From the NCBI RefSeq assembly GCF_009914755.1, contig NC_060936.1: a DNA stretch of 64,000 nucleotides; one strand, 5' to 3'. The notes below the pieces were generated by a model. That model did no database searches. It had not been told where the DNA came from and saw only the letters and a program-made list of their open reading frames with translations. The number at the start of each line of letters is the position of its first letter. The first letter of the stretch is position 1. The position numbers and the translations under genes were made by a program. This document shows positions 1-15,210 of this stretch, piece after piece. This DNA comes from the human T2T-CHM13v2.0 reference genome, Homo sapiens.

Positions 1-1596
1 CTGGAAAAGGGGAGGGGAAGAACGGAATAACCACCTGTGTTAGCCTTAACATTTTGATTTAGAGATTTCATTTCTGAATGTATAAAGGCTCATTGAGATG
101 AGTTTACTCAAAGCAAACCATGTCTTAATAGGAACAGTCAAACTTGAAAGCATTCCTACTGCTTCTTTGGCCCCATTTACCACCATATTCATCAGCAGTA
201 AACTATTCCCCAATAGATATCTGCAACCCCAGGCCTCGTGAAAGTTATCAGGAGACAGTGTCTTGATGATGTTAAATGACCTGCACAACCCAGGAAGGAA
301 TGAGCTGCTTTTCTGCCTCTCCAGCCAAAGTTAGTGCAACTGCAACTGCTCCTTCTATTCATTAAGTTGGTCTCCTTTGCTTTGCTAGTTTGCTTCCTGC
401 TGAGAGTAATTAGGTTTCTTATATAATAATAATTCCTTGTATTTAGATGCAGCCTTTCTCTAAGGACCTTAAAGTACCTCTCAGACATTAGCTCATCTGT
501 TCTTCTAACACAATTGCTTCATGAGATAGGTGCTAATTATTCCCGTTACAAAGAGCAAACAACTAAGGCTCACCAGAAAGTGGTGCTTCCCCCGCACCCC
601 CAAAGTAACATATCAGTGGAACAGCATTGAGTCAAATTAAAGTCACCCAATTCCTCGATTCACCTGCTCTACATAGGTCTAAGAGTCCAAGGGGTGATGA
701 ATTTTTTACAGACGGCATTTCCCCCACATTTATAAACCTCACTAATACTGGGCACTGGTTGAGTGTTCATCCCTTACTAAACACAGCTCTCTTCTTGCAC
801 TGTGACTGATGGAGAAAAACCACAGCATCATTTCACCATTCAGTGTAAGGAGTGTAAAACTGTGCAGAATAAATAGCCTTGTCCAACTGCTGAGTATCTG
901 CAGAAAGTAAAAGGAGGTAATTTAGACTTTGATTAGGATTATTTCAGCAGACCATCCTGCCAGATGTGCTCCACATCATTTAGAGCATTAGAAAGTGGCA
1001 AGCTGAATTGTATAAATGTATGCAATATATTTACGAAGTTTTCAATATTCACTCAGATGACTTGACATAAGCTACCTCCGCCTATCTGGAGTTGGGGCCC
1101 TGAACCTCTACTTCCCCAGCAATTGAGGGAAATGATTCTTTTTCTCTTTCCTCACTCAGAAAAGGAAGAGTAATAATATATATTAACCTCAGAGGGGTAA
1201 ATTTAATTCAAATGTGATTACACTTAGAAGGTAGACTTGCTAAATAAAAATGTAAAAATTAAAGCAGACTGTAATATTAAAATGAGAACTGGCCATCAGC
1301 AAAATTGAAACAATCTTCTAGTCAGGTCTCAACACACTGAAGTCACATCAAAAACATCTCTTGAATTAGAGATGGCATTACAGTTGTCTTCTGCAGTTGC
1401 CATTTGCTTTCCTGTCTTCATATGCTACTAGAATGTGTTAATTTTTCTTACCATTTTTTTCTTCTTTTCTTACCTTTTTTTTTCCTGCTTAAGATAGTCC
1501 ATTACACAGAGACAGTACACTAAAACCAGTATTTTTTAAAGGCCAAAAATGACTTGAATATGTCAGTTGCTGTTTAGAATTAGGAATACTTTTTAA

Positions 1597-1859
1597 GCCA
1601 GGCATGGTGGCTCACACCTTTAATCCCAGCCCTTTGACTTGAGTCCAGGAACTTGAGACCAGCCTGGGCAACATAGTGAGACCTCATCTCTACAAAAAAA
1701 AAAATTAAAAATTAGCTGGACGTGGTGGCACGCAGCTGGATGTGGTAGTCCCAGCTACTAGGGAGGCTGAAGTGGAAAGATCACTTGAGTGAGCCATGAT
1801 TGTGCCACTGCACTCCAGCCTGGACAAGAGAGTGAGACCCTGTCTAAGAAAAGAAAAAA
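1597..1859 (+). mobile_element. AluJ-like SINE with two internal deletions
   Basis: gccaggcatggtggctcacacc...; middle A-tract and A-rich tail present, but segments are missing in both arms. Confidence 0.9.
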
Positions 1860-4800
1860 TGAGTATGTTTAAAGACAACCAGATGATTCCTGAGATTAAC
1901 TTGACTTTTCCTGAGCAAGCCTATTCTTAAATGATTTCTATGTTGTTCTGTGAAGCCTTGGAAATAGAAATAACAAATTGGTGTAGGAGCCAGCAGTGTC
2001 TGAAGCATGATACAGAGAGCTGTGATAGTGGATGTCAGAAGTGCCTCTCCTGAGTGGATCGGCAGTCAGATTTAGACTCCCTCAATTCTTCCCCTTTACA
2101 ACTAGAAATTAAGATGGATGGTGATGGAATAATATTTTGTCGATTGGGGTATTGGCAGTCCCTTTCTGCTCTAACTTTCTGTGATTCTATTTTTTTTTCT
2201 TACTATTTGCATTTGTTAAAAGTTCTATACTGTAGTCTGTGGTCCAATTCCCATTTGGCCCTCCTGAGTGCATTAAATGTTCCTGAGCATGTTAAACTGG
2301 TGTATTTGCATTTTATTGCTGGGAGGCTGTGCTGTAAACAATGGGGTTGAGACACCAGCTTGAGCCAGGGGATGAAATTTTATTTTAAAATCTGAAATGC
2401 TGTGTAAGCATTTAAGGTATGAATTGGTAATTGTTTCACAACAGCTTCCATTAGATATGGTTTATTTGTAGTCCATCCTCTTTTCAAGGATCCAGGGGAG
2501 TGTTAACACATTGAAGCGCACCGCATATCATTTACATTTTAAACCAGTGTTAAGGGAAAATGACCATAACTTTTAAGACTTCTAAATATTGGAATGGACT
2601 TTATGCCTCTGTCCCTGGAGAAAACAGTTTTAATCTTTCATTTGAAAATAAGAAAAGAAACCTTCCCGCTGTGATTAAGGATTTGAATAATTCTGAAACA
2701 GAGAAATACTGTTAGAAAAAGATAAGTCTGGTTCTAAGATTGAGAACTCTCTTTCTACCCCTAATGAATTCAGTAAAATACAAACTTTTAAAAATCATCT
2801 GTCTAATTTGAGATTCGAGATCATCAAATTCTGTCTAAATATTTTGTTTTAACTTCTAAGCTCATTATGGTCTCTTTGTGTTAACTTGTATTAAAATCTG
2901 TCAGCTATGACTGGTCTCATAAGCACAGTCAGCGGACCAGAATAAGTTAATTATTTACTTGTGTCACTAGTGCTCTTCATCTAATGAAATGCACAGCTGT
3001 GTTAGATCTGCAGTTGGATGTGTAGCTTCCATTGTTCCGCAAGTCAGCAGAGGGTAGAAGCCGCAATGATGGAGAGCCCTCAGTTCTTTCTGCTGTTCTG
3101 GCTTTCTGTGTCGATTTCATGGATCTTTTATCATTCACTTTCACACAAAACAAACAACACAGGGCTGTCTGCTATGGGAACCATCTTGGCATATAAAAGG
3201 GTTTTCAGGGCCTGAAGTAATTTTAAGTCAGCTAAGATTTAATTTTTGACTTACAGGTGCCCTTGGTTCAGATATTGCCAAAGCAGTTCCTATAATGGAA
3301 GGAAAAAAATCCGAAAGCTGCTTATGTGTATTTTTTTTAACTAAATGTCAGAAGAGGGCTGATAAGAAAACAACTTCCCCAGAAGGAAGCTCTGCACTAA
3401 ATATTCTTAATCAGATTTCAAGCAAAGGTATTAGAGATTCACATTTCAGTGGAACGAGCACTTTTTTCATTTTAATAACATAATAAAGTTGAATTTGCTT
3501 AATTAAATGTGTCGATTAAAACTGAAAACACAAAATGTAAGTCATCTCTCTCCTTACCCACCCCCAATATAAGTATGTCATGCTTCCTTGGTCAGTTTCT
3601 GCACCTCCTGCCCCTCTCTCCCACCTTCTCTTGATGGAGGGTGGACAGGCAGCTTCCTCCTGAGCAGACGCCAGCCTCCTCCTGCGAACTGCTGCTTAAG
3701 GGGTGCCGAGATTTCTCTTTGGTTTTGTTTTTTCAGGGGTATAGCTGAACCCTCCATCTCCTCACCAGCCAAAATTACATTCTCCCCCGAGCTCGTCCCA
3801 GAACCGGCCCCTTTAGGGATTGCCATTTTTAACATTTTGTTCACTGCTGAACAATGTTGTTGTCGGTGCACCTAGATTTACAATTTGATCTCTTTCAAAG
3901 TAGATTTCCCAGTAGCCCTAGGGTTTTGTCAGATAATTTCAGTGTGGATAAGATGGATTTTTGGAGGGAAGAAAGAAGGCTCACACACTCTGCTTGATTG
4001 AAATTCTAACACATTGTAGCTGAATTTGAAATAAAGTGAACTGAATGATTGTTTCTGTTCTTCATGTAGGAAAGCATATATTTATAATAAACAATACCAT
4101 TTTAACCCAAAAGCCAATTTAAACTAACTACATGCTCTAGAATTCAACTCCACAATATCCATATTGTTGTCAGCTACAATAAATCAGAATATTAATAACC
4201 AGTATTACCTAGGAAAATGGCATTCTTTTTCTTTTGACTTTAGCTCCTGGTGATTACAACAAATCGCAAACTATTGAAATAGTTTGAATAATTACATAGA
4301 ATCAAATTGAATGAAATATTTGAGAGCAGTTTCTTTGCAATAGGGGCAGATAGTTAATAACTTTATACACAGAGAAAAGGAATTTTATCTTTTACTACCA
4401 ATGTAAAAGTGTTTGTTTTCTTAGTCCAATGACACTGTACAATTCTAAATTATGGAGATTATAGTTAACAATCTAAATTCTATTCCCATTCCTCTTCCCA
4501 AAAAAATCAGAGGAATGAAAAACTATTTAGCAACAAAATCCCCTATAGGTTAGAATAATATTAAGGGAATTAATTTAAGAGAATATTAGTAGTGTATAGA
4601 GTTGGTAGATTTTTGTTTTGTTGTTTTCATTCTTAGAATTCCATTTCTAATTCTAGCCTTTTTTTTTCCAAGAACGATTTGGTATTCAATTTTCTTGTTC
4701 AACTTTACAAGTTCAATCAAAGATCACTTTCCTAATGGGCTGTAAGCTATAGGAATTAAAATTCCTTTGGGCAGTTTAGACTCAGCCAGGGGAAGCCCTA

Positions 4801-5304
4801 GCAAAAATCAGCCAACCAGCCAGAGCACTGCAGCCTATAGGTAGACCTGTTAGCACATCAGCCACACACAGGTACTTCTTGTCACTGGTTTTTCAAACCA
4901 CATTGTAAGCACACTCCTCATCCAATCATTTCTGTGTTTGGGGGTCAGAGAACTTGGATTCCTATAACTTGGGTGTAGAACCCAGGAGATCACGAACTAG
5001 CTAATGAGGAGCAAAACTGCTGCTGACTTAAAGCTTCAGGTATGGCCACAGGCCTGGGGTCCAGTGAAGCTGCTGCTCTTCAGTCTCTGTGGCACAGGAG
5101 GGTGGGCAGGCAGCCCAACAGCACCATTGTGTGCTATGCCGGCAGCACAGTCCACAGGCTGCAGTGCCTTTCGCAAGGAGAGTCGTTTTTGAACTGTTTG
5201 TCAAGCAGGATTGTTGAAAATCACTTTTGTTGCTCTTGATAGAGGCCATGGGGAAGATTTTAGAGCAGTGGAAATAGAGATAGCAGCGGGGAGATCCCAA
5301 TTAA

Positions 5305-5481
<177 letters not shown>

Positions 5482-5779
5482 TAGGTTTTTCAGAGGCATT
5501 GCCTTTAAGGAAGAAGCAGGCAGTTAGTTTAGTTAGAGTGAGTGGAGGTGACGAGGACTCTGAAGCTGTTTTTTCAGGTAGAGCTCTTCTGTCCCTTGCC
5601 AGATAAACAGGCTTCCAGCCCCTAACGATTCTGGGCCACTCCCCTCTACATAAAGAATGAGGAGCACGTCTATACCTCCCTTTAAGAGTGGAGTCTTCTG
5701 AGTGATGAATTTACCCCTCAGCAAAAGAGAATCCCTTGTCTTGAACCTAAATGGATCTCCCTTTCAGTGATTATTTTTA

Positions 5780-5940
5780 GTGATCCTGGCTCCACCTCTT
5801 ACCAGCTGTGTGGCCTTGGACAAGTTGCTTATCCTTCCCATACTTCAGTTTCTTCATCTGTAAAATGAAGAAATATAGGACCTATCTCATAGGGGTATTG
5901 AGAGGCGTAAAATTAGATCACACATGTCAAGCTTAAATAC
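5780..5940 (+). mobile_element. MIR
   Basis: MIR core: tgtgtggccttggacaagttgctt...cagtttcttcatctgtaaaatg. Confidence 0.75.
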
Positions 5941-6044
5941 TGCTTCTATTAATTTATTACTGTTATTAATAGTGGTCGTGGGGAAATGAGCTGGAGATAA
6001 ATAAGCAGAGAGAGTGCTTGTGCCACAGGGAGGTGCTCACTTAA

Positions 6045-6230
<186 letters not shown>

Positions 6231-6327
6231 TAAGCATGCGATTGAGCTATTTTAAAGAAAAAGAATGGTTTTACTAGGATAGGGGAGACAAAGCCTTAAG
6301 GTATACTCTATTAAGTATACCTTCAGG

Positions 6328-6886
<559 letters not shown>

Positions 6887-7033
6887 CCTTAAGATGTAAG
6901 CATTAAGGCTATATGCCTTAAGCTTTATTTTTTTAAGAAACTGGATACAAGAAAATCTAACTTTAGAAAACTAACAATTGAGGAGTGCTGTTTGTACTGG
7001 TAAGATTATAATTTGGAAAGTAGATTTTTGGTA

Positions 7034-7110
7034 GGCCAAAGCTGGTGGATCGCCCAGGAGTTTGAGGCTAGCCTGGGCAATATAGTGAGACCTCGTCTCA
7101 AAAAATATAA
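7034..7110 (+). mobile_element. Alu monomer fragment (FLAM/AluJ-like)
   Basis: ggagtttgaggctagcctgggcaatatagtgagacctcgtctcaaaaa. Confidence 0.8.
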
Positions 7111-7279
7111 AGTAGAAAAGATTTAATTTACCAAAATATGATTTCTACCCTATGCCTACTTTTAAGGAACACATCAATTACATATAATGCAAAGTTTTCC
7201 TTTAACTGTTGAACTTTCCCTGCAATTATGTGATGAGTATCAGAATAATAAATGCTTTGACAGATAGACCAAGGCCTAA

Positions 7280-8080
7280 CATTTGTGCATGTGTTCACTA
7301 AAGATGTGCTAAGCACCTACCTAATATGTGCTAGGCACTGAGTATATACCAATAAATACAGTAGACATGGTCCCAGTTCTATGGAGCTGACCGTTTAGGT
7401 GTGTTGCTAGACATTAAAAAATAATAGACACAAGGTAACTTCTCAGTAGGGCCTACTGTTACCATCTAATTTAAAACTATAACCCCATACTGCCCATTTG
7501 CTGCTTTATTTTCCCTGTAGCACTGACCATTTTCAAATATACTACATAGTAATACTATTGCCTGTCTCCCCAACTAGAATGTAACCTCCATGAAAGCAGG
7601 GCTGGTCTGTTTTGTTTACTGTTCTATTTCCAGGGCATAGCACAGGGCCTGACACACAGCAGGCACTCCATAAACATTTATTGAAAAAAGGAATGCAGAC
7701 AAATAAATACAAGTACATATAGCTCTCACCAAAATGAAGACAGAGTGGGTGAGAAGGCCCTGTGAGGAACTGGCTATGATATTTCAACTGAGAGATAAAG
7801 GGTGAGAAGGATAGGGCATTCGAAGAGTGTTTCAGGGAGAGGAAAAGTTATGTTTGACACTTTGCCAGGGAAAGAGCTTGGTAAGTTCAGGGAACAGGAA
7901 GAGGCCAGCCTGGCTGCGGTGCAGTGAAGAGGCAGTACCGGCAGCCCGAGGTGAGGGTGGAGGGGAAGAAGAGCCAGGCGACCAGGCTTGGGAGCTTGTG
8001 TTAACCTGTGAGAAACAGATCTCTGCAATGATCGTGAATGACAAGGTTCTGAAGCTGGAATCATCGTGGTTTTTAAAAGT
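7280..8080. mobile_element. L2 fragments, both orientations
   Basis: L2 3'-end motifs (actagaatgtaacctccatgaaagcagg...; cacacagcaggcactccataaacatttattga). Confidence 0.65.
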
Positions 8081-8167
8081 TCAAATTAGTTGCCTAAATT
8101 AAGACACACTTAGGTATTTAATGCCAGATAAAACTCCAGGACCTAGTGTTTCTAGTGTTCTTCTGGG

Positions 8168-8523
<356 letters not shown>

Positions 8524-9969
8524 TAAACCACTTGAACACTAGTGAAACTCAGCATGGAAGCAAATGTAAGAACAGAGCTTGATTTTAGTGCTGCAAATAG
8601 ATTCTCCAGATGTGATTGAAATTGTTAAAGCCTCTATCTATTAAAAATGTGGAGTGCTTTTAAAAATTGCCTATTAAAACTATAATAATATGGATTTCTT
8701 AGGTGTATCATACCTGAGATGTTATAGAAAAGCACATTACAGGAAAAGACTAATGGACCATTTCAGAAATGGTTCAATAAAATAATTGTGACCATTTCAG
8801 AAAACATAGTTGTCATTGCTAAATTCATTAACCTTCTCTTCACTTCTCCACCCAGAAATAAGGCACATTTTTGGCCAGGTGTTGACCAGAAAGTGCAAAA
8901 CCATAGGATCAATTTGGTGGACCTTCGTGAACATAATTTGTACTGAAAGAATTGGATGGGTTATATCCTGCTTGCCGTAGACAATGGTTAGTCTATATCC
9001 CAGTCCACACTGCCTTCCCCTATGCCCCCAGCCAGAGTTTTCCTTTCTTTGCCATTTATTTCAGTGACAAAATCTGAGAAGCACTGTTTAGTTGAAAATT
9101 CCCGAGGGCATTTAAATATATCACCACCAGCTTTCACTTTTTGTTCATTCTTGAACATAGATAGGTAGGAGGAAAAATTGCATATAGCTTTACTCTGTGG
9201 ATGATGGAATAGCATTGGGTAACCGAGTGTCATAAATTCTACCATGAGCAACCCTACCATTGAGGAATAGAATCATTCACTGTTAGAGCAGGAAAGAATC
9301 TTGTTCTGACCGCCTTCTTGTACAACTAAGAACACTCAGCTAGAGAGGTCATGTAATTACTTTACTATGTGACAAAACCAAGACAAGGACAGGGTCTCTT
9401 AATACCCTCTCCATTGTGCCTTCCACTCCACTCTGTGTCTTCCAAGAACCAGGTTGTGCTGAAGTCAGCAGAATGGCCTGATGACCACAAAAGCCTTGGC
9501 TCAGGATGCTGAGAGTGTGATCAGGGACACCGAGCAAACAGTGGCCAAGCTTTTCCTTTGCCTCTCTGCTGTGTCTGTTGTTTCCTTTACTTTTTCTACT
9601 TTTACATCATGCTGTACCCCAGAGTTTACTTGTTCCAAATCAGACCAGTGTTGCAGGGAGAGCCCTGGATTTGAACCCTCACTGCACCACTCACCAGTTC
9701 TTATCTGACCTGTCGGGCTCTCTGTGTCCATTTCTTCATCTTCAAAATAGAGGTGACAGTTCTTCCTCCCTGGATCGTTGTGTGGTTTAAGTAGCACATG
9801 GTAGTTGCTTCCTTCCCTTTGAAGAAGAAAGTTTGAGGCAGTTAAAAAAAAATTTTTTAAGACATCAGTTCTCTGGTTGTTCTTGCTCCAGATTAATGAG
9901 AAAAGGTTTCTTCTGTCAAAGTACTTATATATTCACCCTCTTCTTAAACTCTTACTACAGACTTTCTAA

Positions 9970-10700
9970 AGATTCATTGAAGCAGTTATGTAATAGACAT
10001 TTATTGAGTACCAGTTGTGTGCCAGGCAGGGTCACAGGTGCTGGAGCCACCGTGACAAAGGAGACAAAGTGCTTATCCTTGCAGAGTTACTTCTAGTGGG
10101 GAAGACAGGCAATAATCCGAGAGATAATAAATGTACACCACGGTATCAAAAGGGGCAAGTGCGCCAAAGGGTCAGGTTGAGACAGGGCCGGAGTGACGAT
10201 GCCAGGTGGGAGGAGGACTTCTTTAGATGTGGTATGCAGTGAAAGTCTCTCTGAGCAGGTGAAATGTTTGACAGAGCCATATGAATACCTGGCGGGAGAG
10301 TGTTTCAGGCAAAGGAAACGGTAAGTCAGAGGCCCCAAGAGAGGAACAGGCTTGCTCCATTTGAGGAGTAATGAAGAGGCCAGTGTTGTTGGAGTAGAGT
10401 GACTGGCGGGACACTGGAATAGGAAACAGTGAGGTGTGCAGGAACTGGAGTATGTCTCACCATGTGGCCATAATATAGAATGTTGGCAATACAGATTCCA
10501 AGTATGATGGGAAACCATTGGTGAGTTCAGGACAGAAGAATGACCTATTGTGATTTACATTTTAGAAGGCATCCCCCTGACTTTTTATGCAAAGAATAGA
10601 TTGTTGAGGGATGAGAGTGGAAGCAGGGAGATTAATTAGAAGATTATCTGTGGTAGCCCAAGCAAGAAAGGATGGTGGCCTGACCAGGGAGGTCATCCTG
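9970..10700 (-). mobile_element. L2
   Basis: catttattgagtaccagttgtgtgccaggc followed by purine-rich L2 body. Confidence 0.7.
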
Positions 10701-10930
10701 AAGGAGAGATCATCCCATACACACTGTTTCCCAACCTGTTTAAATGTCTATTTCTTTGTAAAGCCATTTATCTTTAAATATAGCTATGGTACTTTTCATA
10801 TTTTTACAACTAGTCTTTTCATTCACTACAGACTGAAAATCATTCTTATCCAGTCAGTCATAAATGAGTAAGGACCTGCCAGTGATGGGTCCAAAGGCTG
10901 TCTCTTGTTAGCCCAAACTTAGTTTCTTAA

Positions 10931-11071
<141 letters not shown>

Positions 11072-11712
11072 TAAGAGAAAAGTACTTACAAAAAGAATTG
11101 ATAATGCAGTCAAGTCCACCTTGTATTTTCCAGATATGGCAAAAAGCAGACTCAACAAAGTTTCTGTTTTCCTGAGATGTCAAAATTTGGCAAGTTTGGC
11201 ATTAAGAAAATCATATATGTATGATTAAAATGAAAAAGTAGCAGCCAATTAAAAAATATTTCACAAGCGCAAGAGCAAACCCACCATAGGTCTTGCCAGT
11301 GGACTCCTAACACAACTATTTACTGTGTAAATGTCTGCAAATATGGTCCTATTTATAAAGGTCCATACAAGAAGATGTGTATGTATATAGCCACACACAC
11401 ATTGATATACTTGCATGTACCCATGTGCACACAGAAGACACATGCAGACATTATTTGGTAGCATAAACCACAATTGGAGTTTTTTAAAACTAATGTTATT
11501 GAAGCATAAAGTACCTCCACTTGCAGACTTATTTGAGTAAGCTAGAGGAGGTTAGGGGCCACATGTGCCCCATTCACAGGTGTACCCTCAATCCCAAGCA
11601 CAATGTCTGTGTGTTAATGAATGGATAAATTTCTTGGGAAAGAGAATTATAGCTACTAAGTTTCACATGTTCTTAGTGCTACTTTTTCCAGTTGGAGATG
11701 CATAGTCGAGGG

Positions 11713-11914
11713 CAGTGGTTCTCAGCCAGGGATGATTTTGCCTCCCAGGGGACATTTAACAACATCTGGAAACATTTTCAGATGTCCCAACTTGGTGCTG
11801 GGGAAGTAGCTACTGGCATCTAGTAGGGAGAGGCCAGGGATGCTGCAAGGACAGCCCCCTACAACAGAGTTACCCAGCTCAGTATGTCAGCGGTGCCGAG
11901 GTTGAGGAACCCTG
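11713..11914 (+). mobile_element. MER20 (hAT-Charlie)
   Basis: cagtggttctca...ggttgaggaaccctg; degenerate TSD gtcgaggg/ggctaggg. Confidence 0.85.
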
Positions 11915-11929
11915 GGCTAGGGGAGGGAA

Positions 11930-12140
11930 CCCAGGCCTTGGAGTCAGACAGACAAGGCTGTGATCTCATCTCCACCTTTTCATTCCGTCACAAGCCTTAG
12001 ACAGATCACTGATGACCACAGTCTGATGAAACTCACAGCTTAAGCATTTCTCATATTTAAAGTGGAGACAATAGTACCTACTTAACAGGTGCCAGTGAAT
12101 GTCAAGAGTGTGAATACAGAATGTGTACAGCGCCCATCCA
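11930..12140 (+). mobile_element. MIR
   Basis: gccttggagtcagacagac...catttctcatatttaaagtggagacaatagtacctac. Confidence 0.6.
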
Positions 12141-13487
12141 CAGGTGGCATCAGCAAGCATCCAGTTCCCTCCCCACTTTCACTGAGCACTGCCTGGATGT
12201 AACAATGTAGAGAAGGGGCAAGGATGAGGCAGCTCATGCTTGGGGTTTCATTTTTTTTTTAAGCCAAGGGAGAGGTGTAGTTGACTCAATTCTTTGACCA
12301 TTTAAAACTGAGCACATGCACGTGTCTGTTGAAATGATAGACATATGTGTGCTTAAAACTGCAAAGAGGGAAGAGAAGTTGATTCTCAAGACAATAATCA
12401 CCTCAGCAATGGTACCGTAATTGGGTTAGATGTGTTTCTCCCCTAAATGCTGTCCCCTCCTAAACTTCCATTTCAGTTACAACATCCAAAAACTATTTCA
12501 GAGTAACATAAATGTCAAAGCAGTTATTTCCTATATTTTGCTTTGTTGTGTAGAAAAAGTTATTACTTTGGTAACTTTTGTCTCTTCCATATGAAGACTG
12601 CCTCGAGTGCGTTTGTCTGTAGTTGGTTATCTTAGTTGGTTAAAATCCAAGTATTGGATTCTGTCCACATGTGGTCTGTCTACCTTTACCTCGTTCACTG
12701 ACCTCAAGTGAAGGGAGCAACTACCCATTTGTGTTTCTACCGGCAGATAAAAATGTATAGATGTGCTCAGTTATGAAGTTTCCACTATAATGTGTTTATT
12801 TAGACGTATTTGTAAGTTATTCATGTGTATATTTCCTTTCAACAAGTAATCTACAACTTCTTTGATTTCACATTGAAACTCAACCACAACAATTTAAAAA
12901 AATCTTAAAATTTCAGTATGTGTTGGCATACCCTGTGTTCACCTTCTTAATTCTTTGGGAGACTGGCAGCAACAACAAAGATTAAAAGATGCTATGGAAT
13001 ACAGCAAACAAGGGGTGTATGGTCACCCCTGCTCAAAGATTACCTTTAAGAAGCCTGCCAGGGAGCTTGCTTTTTTTTCCCCCCAAATAATTTGTGTGAT
13101 CCATGCCTACATGGGGTTGCCTAAATTGTTCAGATCCCCCTAATTTTAGCTACACCTCTGGGTCCTGTATTCTTAACCTCTTAAAGTATTCTCAAGCCCA
13201 GCATATAAACCACAGGGAATCCATTCAAGAGGCTAACAGCTCTGGCAGCAGCTACTGGAGGATCCAGGTTTCCCCCACAGTCTATTCTGCTTAGTTTTTC
13301 TGCTTTTAAATAATAGAATACTGAGACTCTTTGAAAATACTTAAAGACATTGTTTCCTGATTTGAAAACTCTGCTGTCCTAATAATAATGATAGTGATGG
13401 TAATAGTAATGGTGTTTTCTGTGATTATATATTAATATGTTATTACATCATATGATATTATGCAATTATATATTCATTTAACCATAA

Positions 13488-13889
<402 letters not shown>

Positions 13890-14399
13890 TAAGTGGATAC
13901 CATATGTCTCCCATACCACACCCCTTGCCTCTTAAATCACAGCTCAAGAATTGACCCTGGATCCTATCCGCATATTCTCCAGCCTCTGTCTGTGATCACT
14001 AACATACCCTCCCTCATGCATGTATTCCTGTCATTGGGGATACTCTGTGTACATGTCTCATTTGTCTACATCATGATCTACTTCCTACACAACTAGAGGC
14101 TAAGCTCCCAAGGAGTACAAACTTTACCTCCTTTTAAATATTCTCTCAGGTACTTTTTATAACACTATTTGCCTGTGAAAATCCTACAGATGCATTGTCG
14201 GGTGTTAGAATCACAGTGTGTTAAAGAAACTCTTTAGGGAAGATTACATCGAATGCTTTCATTTGTAACTTCAGACCCAAAGAGCCAGGGATGCTGCCCC
14301 AGGTCTTATAGCAAATTGGTGACAGAGCCAAGAGCCAAGACCAAGACGACCTGGTACCCTGCCCCCTTGTCTGTACTCTCTCTGCCATGGCTAGCTGCT

Positions 14400-14660
14400 T
14401 CACACTTGTACTGTAGATTCTGTGAGGGCAGAAACCGGGTCTGTCTCAGTAATTTATTCAGCAAACATGTAGTAAGTATCTGCTAAGTGTCAGACACTGT
14501 TCTAGGCCCTAGAAATGCAGCAGTGAACAAGACAGTGGATGGCTGCTCCCAAGGAGCTTATCTTCTAGTTCATTCTGATTGCATCCTGTCATGTTTACCC
14601 TCATTTCTCCAGCCTGGGACCTGGTAGATGCTTCATAAAAAAATACTGGTTGAATGATAC
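14400..14660. mobile_element. L2 3'-end fragments
   Basis: tttattcagcaaacatgtagtaagtatctgctaagtgtcagacactgttctagg; aaatactggttgaatga. Confidence 0.6.
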
Positions 14661-14888
14661 CCTGCATTTGTAGGATTGCCAATAAGTAAATCATGTCATT
14701 TGTAAAGTTTATAATTTCTGTGTAGCATTTGGTACACAAAGGTCACCTTAAAAGATGATGCTGGATGTTTTTTGTTTTTGTGCAGTTGCACCACCTTTCC
14801 TATTTGTAATGATTCCACTCTCACCAGAGAAGAAAAAGCTCACTTAGGGTTATTCCTAAAACACTCCTGTAGGCAAGAGAATCCATAG

Positions 14889-15210
<322 letters not shown>

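Noticed and set aside
10093-10518. 141-aa ORF (and the 152-aa ORF at 30930-31388)
   Set aside because: Both lie in degraded L2-like sequence; no recognisable domain or gene structure.
12131-12152. CTCF-like ccacaggtggca
   Set aside because: Several mismatches to the core, and it lies at the end of a MIR relic.
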